A stretch of 64,000 bases of DNA from NCBI GenBank assembly GCA_938039675.1, contig CALHUI010000008.1:6796-70795 (forward strand), in the 5' to 3' direction. Position 1 is the first letter of the stretch, and the number at the start of each line of letters is the position of its first letter. The translations under genes and the position numbers were made by a program. Source of the DNA: an uncultured Cytophagales bacterium (GTDB lineage Bacteria; Bacteroidota; Bacteroidia; Cytophagales; Thermoflexibacteraceae). The notes beneath the pieces are model-generated. The model was given only the letters and a program-made list of their open reading frames with translations. It ran no database searches and was not told the origin of the DNA. Below are positions 59,541 through 64,000 of this stretch, in pieces.

Positions 59541-60911
59541 ATGAAAATACATTTTACGGCTATCGGCGGCAGCGTCATGCACAATCTGGCGGTTGCCCTC
59601 AAGCTCAAAGGCTATCAAGTAAGTGGTTCGGACGATGAAATATATGAACCTTCGCGCAGCAGGCTGGCTGCTCACGGCATTTTACCTGCCAAAGAAGGCT
59701 GGTTTTCCGAAAAAATCACACCGGATTTGGATGCCGTCATCTTAGGAATGCACGCCCGCAAAGACAATCCTGAATTGCTGCGTGCACAGGAGTTGGGCAT
59801 TAAGGTCTACTCCTATCCCGAATACGTTTATGAACAAAGCAAGCACAAGGAGCGCATAGTGATTGCCGGCAGCCATGGCAAAACCACTACTACGGCAATG
59901 GTTATGCACGTGTTGAATTTTCACGGCAAAAAATTTGACTATATGGTCGGAGCAATGGTGCCGGGTTTTGAAAGCACCGTTCGCCTGACCGAAGATGCCC
60001 CGGTCATCATTATAGAGGGGGATGAGTATCTCTCCTCCCCGATTGACCCGACTCCCAAGTTTTTACACTACAAACATCACATAGGGCTGATTACGGGCAT
60101 TGCATGGGACCACATCAATGTTTATCCTGTTTTTGATGACTACGTGCGTCAGTTTGAAAACTTTGCCGTGCAAACACCCAAAGCAGGCACTTTGATTTAT
60201 TGCGAAGAAGATGACCTTGCCACAATCGTAAGCACCTCCAATCAGATGCGCAGCGATGTTAATCTGATTGCTTACGGAACACACAAGCATGAGGTAAGCG
60301 AGGGCAAAACACTGCTGCATCCCCCGCACTACGGCAAAGTGCCTGTATCGGTTTTCGGCAAGCACAACATGCAAAACCTGAATGGAGCACGGTTGGTATG
60401 CAACCGATTAGGCATTCATGACAAAAAATTTTATGAGGCCATTCAAAATTTCAAGGGTGTAGCCAAACGCTTGGAATTGCTTGGCCAAAATGCCCGTACC
60501 ACTGTTTACCGCGATTTTGCCCATGCCCCTTCTAAAATTGAGGCAACCATTCAGGCCGTAAAAGAACAGTTCCCGAAGCGTAAACTCGTGGCTTGTGCCG
60601 AACTGCATACATACAGCAGCCTGAGCAAGCACTTCCTGCCGCAGTACAAACACACGATGCAGGCAGCAGACGAAGCCATTGTTTGCTACAGCCCCAAAAC
60701 CTTGGAAATCAAGCGCATGGAGCCTATTGACGAAGCAACCATTCAGGCTGCCTTTGACCATCCGAATCTGAGGGTTTTCACCAACGGGGCAGACTTATGC
60801 AACTATCTGTTCTCGCAAAAATGGCAGGATAAAAACCTGCTGATGATGAGCTCCGGCACATTTGACCAAACCGATTTGGGGCAACTTACGGCTCATGTGC
60901 TGGAAAAATAG
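59541..60911 (+). CDS. mpl: Mur ligase family protein, Mpl-like (UDP-N-acetylmuramate:L-Ala-gamma-D-Glu-meso-DAP ligase)
   Basis: 456 aa with IHFTAIGGSVMHNLAVAL, the ATP site AGSHGKTTTTAM and a GDEY motif (EGDEYLSS). Confidence 0.75.
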   Translation: MKIHFTAIGGSVMHNLAVALKLKGYQVSGSDDEIYEPSRSRLAAHGILPAKEGWFSEKITPDLDAVILGMHARKDNPELLRAQELGIKVYSYPEYVYEQSKHKERIVIAGSHGKTTTTAMVMHVLNFHGKKFDYMVGAMVPGFESTVRLTEDAPVIIIEGDEYLSSPIDPTPKFLHYKHHIGLITGIAWDHINVYPVFDDYVRQFENFAVQTPKAGTLIYCEEDDLATIVSTSNQMRSDVNLIAYGTHKHEVSEGKTLLHPPHYGKVPVSVFGKHNMQNLNGARLVCNRLGIHDKKFYEAIQNFKGVAKRLELLGQNARTTVYRDFAHAPSKIEATIQAVKEQFPKRKLVACAELHTYSSLSKHFLPQYKHTMQAADEAIVCYSPKTLEIKRMEPIDEATIQAAFDHPNLRVFTNGADLCNYLFSQKWQDKNLLMMSSGTFDQTDLGQLTAHVLEK

Positions 60912-60984
60912 CCGCTATTGTACGCCAACCGAAATAGAGTTATATTTGTAGATACATCAGTTGTTGTACAAAATCGTGACGACC

Positions 60985-61347
60985 ATGAATAAAAAATTCT
61001 TTGCGGCAGTGTTTTCCGCCCTTGTTATTGTCAGCAGCTACGTATTTGCTCAGGCTGACACAGAAACCATCACCATTAAAACTTCTTCTAAATGCGAAAT
61101 GTGCAAAAAACGCATTGAAAAAGGCATGAGCCTTAAAAAAGGCGTTAAGTCTGCCATACTGAATCTGGACAATCATACGCTGACAGTGGTTTACAAGAAA
61201 GACAAAACCAATCCCGAAGCGCTGCGCAAGGCTCTTTCCAATATCGGTTATGATGCAGATGACGTGGCTGCCAATGAAAAAGCCTACAAAAAGTTACCCG
61301 ATTGCTGCAAAAAAGGCGGCCACGACCACAGCAACCACAAGCACTAA
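60985..61347 (+). CDS. Heavy-metal-associated (HMA) domain protein with Cys/His-rich tail
   Basis: It has a signal peptide (VIVSSYVFAQ), a CxxC metal site (KCEMCKKRIE) and a C-terminal CCKKGGHDHSNHKH. Confidence 0.75.
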   Translation: MNKKFFAAVFSALVIVSSYVFAQADTETITIKTSSKCEMCKKRIEKGMSLKKGVKSAILNLDNHTLTVVYKKDKTNPEALRKALSNIGYDADDVAANEKAYKKLPDCCKKGGHDHSNHKH

Positions 61348-61352
61348 TCCGA

Positions 61353-61949
61353 ATGTCGTTTTTTGACCGCATATTTGAGCAATTGTTTCCTAAGCGCCTC
61401 CCCGACCATCTGCCGGTGGTTGAGGAGGCTTTGATACGCAACGAGGCTTACCGCAACAAAATTTTTCTCTGGCAAAACAGCGGCGCTCATCGCAAACTTG
61501 CCTATGAAGTATGGGAAGCATGGCAACAGAAAAAAGACAAACAAACCGCAGACCTGCAGGTTCATTTGCTGAAAACAGACGGCAGCAACGGTATTGCCCT
61601 TACCTATCATCCTAAAATAGGTGCTGATGCCTTTCAGTTCTTTTTTGACTACCTGAAAGAACAAGTCTTGCAAATCGGCTATAAACTTTACAGTTCCGAC
61701 CGCCGCATTTTTATCCGACCGGACTATTCGGAAACAATAGAAAAGCATTATTTGAAGCCTCCCGTAGATTTACGGCTAGAGCATGGAGAAGTACAGCGTT
61801 GCGACCAGCGCTATGGCAACGTCATCATAGAATACATCCAAATAGACGATAAGCCCAGCTTTATACGCCTGATGGCACATTATTACGAAGACCAACTCTA
61901 TCTCAAACCCTTGCCCTTTGATGAACTGATGCGGGAGGTCTTGTTGTAG
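61353..61949 (+). CDS. Hypothetical protein
   Basis: 198-aa ORF from the ATG at 61353, 5 nt after the HMA gene. I recognise no family. Confidence 0.45.
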   Translation: MSFFDRIFEQLFPKRLPDHLPVVEEALIRNEAYRNKIFLWQNSGAHRKLAYEVWEAWQQKKDKQTADLQVHLLKTDGSNGIALTYHPKIGADAFQFFFDYLKEQVLQIGYKLYSSDRRIFIRPDYSETIEKHYLKPPVDLRLEHGEVQRCDQRYGNVIIEYIQIDDKPSFIRLMAHYYEDQLYLKPLPFDELMREVLL

Positions 61950-62053
61950 TAATCAAGTGTTGGGGAGCACAGAACTTTGCCCATCCGACTTGAAAATCCG
62001 TTTTTCAGCAAAAATTTTGTTTGGTTGCCGCATTACGTGTAGCTTTTGCGGGT

Positions 62054-62786
62054 ATGAAAAAAATACTGCTTGTTATCGCGGATGTCTTTGCTGTTTACTG
62101 CTACTGGACAAAACCACAAACAGAACAGCCGAAGACAAGATTTCAGCCGCTCCAATGCCTGAAACAGAACTTGTTCAGCAGGGAAAGGATAGCAGCAAGG
62201 GCACAATTGGACAGCTATCCAACCCCACCTCACCGCACCTGCATCTGATTAACAACAAGCAAACGCATAAGCTTATTGTTGCTGCTCTGACCGCATCAAC
62301 GAACACCCCGACCGAATAAGAGCCGTCAGAAGCGGTTCGCTGAAATACATTCGTAATTTTCACAAAGACCCGTGGAAACAGCAAAATATTGCCAATCATC
62401 CTAATTATCAAAACGATTTGCAACGCATGAGACTCTACTGCGACCTCTGGGTCAATGCTACCGGAGACCTTGGCGGACTGACCGAGGCAGCAATGCGCAC
62501 CATGCTTTGGAAAAGCACCAGACAACCCGTGAGTAAAGAGCCTCATTTTACCAAAACCAAAGACCACAAAATCAGCATCAGCAGCCCGACCGAGGGCGTT
62601 GCCATTTTGTACAGATTAGACCGGGAGAACGAATAGCATTACTATACGCGTCCTATCACACTGCAACCGGGCATGACCATTTCTGCCAAATCCGTTAAAC
62701 ACGGGCTGAGAGAAAATAAAGAAATCATGGTTAAGTTCTATTCTGACCGACAGACTTTTCAAAACATTGGTTCGTATGTTCAATAA
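62054..62786 (+). pseudogene. Sulfatase gene remnant (leader plus C-terminal about 170 codons, with frameshifts and an in-frame TAG)
   Basis: It has a signal-like MKKILLVIADVFAVYCYW. From 62271, one frame reads ...EHPDRIRAVRSGSLKYIRNFHKDPWKQQNIANHPNYQNDLQRMRLYCDLWVNATGDLG, which is the RAVRDGRYKYIRN and LR..L..W..TGD pattern of sulfatase C-termini. A TAG lies at 62634-62636, and the same frame then continues to 62786. The catalytic N-terminal domain is missing. Confidence 0.5.
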
Positions 62787-62794
62787 TGATTTGC

Positions 62795-62980
62795 TCACTT
62801 CCTTTTGCCCTCCGAAGCAGAGCCCATTAAGGAAATATCATCGGGTAGGCTAAGCAACTGCGGTACGGTAACAAACTCATACCCCTTCTCGCGCATGCCT
62901 CTGATGATAATAGGCAATTCAGCTACGGTGCGTTTTTTGTGCCCACCTGCGCTGTTCAGCAAAATAATAGTTGCCTGATA
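62795..62980 (-). pseudogene. Polysaccharide deacetylase gene remnant (C-terminal about 60 codons only)
   Basis: QATIILLNSAGGHKKRTVAELPIIIRGMREKGYEFVTVPQLL matches the last motif region of NodB-type deacetylases (usually IILLHD...T..ALP.II..L...GY.FVT). Nothing recognisable remains upstream of about 62,980. Confidence 0.55.
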
Positions 62981-63004
62981 TTTCAAAAAAGAATAACAAC
63001 CACA

Positions 63005-63029
63005 AAGCCTGCAACTTGTAGGCTTTTTT
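63005..63029 (+). terminator. Hairpin plus T-run at the composition boundary
   Basis: 6-bp stem aagcct/aggctt with a 9-nt loop, followed by TTTT. It lies between the deacetylase remnant and the AT-rich gene. Confidence 0.35.
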
Positions 63030-63043
63030 ACCAACTTTGCACT

Positions 63044-64000
63044 ATGACAACAGAACAAAAATACCAAACCGTTTTAGACAAAAATACTTTCTATTTCTAC
63101 AACCCTGTTTTCAAGAAAAGTACGAGAGTTACATCAATTCTTTGAATGAAACTTTGCTTGTGCTGAAAAACAAAGTGAAAACAGAAGGACTGAAAAAGAG
63201 TATTTTTGAAAATCTTTTAGCCGAAAAAGAAAATGGTTTGCGTGCCTTATTGGCTTTGACAGGTTTTGCAAATGAAAGCCTAAAAAGGCTGATTACTGTG
63301 GTGAGAGTGGCTGAAAATAAGGAACTTGCCAAACTTTTACTCAAAGACAAATGGGGCGAAACCGAAAAATTGGAGGCAGTAAAAGAATGGGGAGACAGTC
63401 GTTTGGAAAATATGATAAAGAAAAACGAGTTTTTCAGAAAAGGGCTTATAAATCTGTTTTTTGAAGGTTCAACCGTGCCATTTTTAGCCCAAACTTTACC
63501 TTTGTTTGAACTCAAAAAGTTGTCTATTTCCAAACTGAATTTTGAAATTCCTGCAATGATTGATACTTTGGTACGATACAAAGAAAAAGGCAGTTATTCG
63601 GGACAAACGGAAAACAATCCTGAATTTTTGATAAAAACCATTTTGGAAGACTTGAAAATTCCGTTTGAAAAAGGAGATTTAGAGGAACTTTTTAAGCATA
63701 AATTTGATGAAAAACGGACAATGGATTTTATTTTGCCGAGCAAGGCAAACCCGCAAATTATCATGGAAAGTTCGTTTTTGGTAACAACTTCATCGGGGCA
63801 AGGCGACAAGTCTAAAACAGAAGGAAATATCAAAAAATTGATTGAGCAGTATTATCCGCAAGCCAAATTTATTGGTTTTGTTGATGGCATAGGTTGGTAT
63901 GTAAGGAAAGGAGATTTGAAACGTATGGTAACAGCCTTTGATGAAGTTTTTACGTTTCATAAAGACGAGTTAGATAGATTTAAAGACTTTTTAAAGCAAA
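63044..64000 (+). CDS. PD-(D/E)XK restriction-endonuclease-like protein (DpnII/MboI-like core), frameshifted near codon 23 and running off the window
   Basis: From the ATG at 63044 the sequence reads MTTEQKYQTVLDKNTFYFYNPVF and hits a stop at 63143. A second frame is open from about 63020 to the window end, reading QEKYESYINSLNETLL...KRTMDFILPSKANPQIIMESSFLVTTSSGQGDKSKTEGN...FIGFVDGIGWYVRKGDL. The two frames join at a T4 run (63108-63111). This stretch has much lower GC than the rest of the window. Confidence 0.55.

Overview
This looks like a chromosomal segment of a Bacteroidota-type genome. The signs are a Bacteroidetes-style sdhCAB operon, PD40/OmpA envelope proteins, DUF4159, DUF6702 and MbnP-like families, and a periplasmic-TPR sensor kinase. 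GC is in the high 40s percent by eye. I support about 55 protein-coding genes, and most are housekeeping: ftsK-lolA-yciH, dapD, rsmE, gpsA, sdhCAB, a tail-specific protease, fabG, glmM, glyQS, yebC, purM, uvrB, dnaB and mpl. I could not recognise any rRNA, tRNA, CRISPR array, transposase or integrase.

Three things stand out.

1. Disrupted genes are unusually frequent. There is a ring-cleaving dioxygenase with at least five frameshifts plus a nonsense codon, a frameshifted amidase, a frameshifted small gene, an NTF2-like gene with an early in-frame TGA, a sulfatase remnant and a deacetylase remnant.

2. The last ~1 kb (about 62,980 to 64,000) switches abruptly to AT-rich DNA. It starts exactly where a resident deacetylase gene is truncated. 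It encodes a restriction-endonuclease-like protein that is itself frameshifted in a T-run. This is probably the left edge of an acquired defence or restriction-modification island that continues beyond the window.

3. There is a CarH/LitR-type B12 photoreceptor regulator with an intact Wx9EH motif. It lies next to an orphan TPR histidine kinase and has no carotenoid or photolyase genes nearby.

I did not find a convincing, complete, novel multi-gene system inside the window. The best candidate is the island cut off at the right edge. All family assignments come from reading the translated ORFs and recalling family motifs, with no database search.
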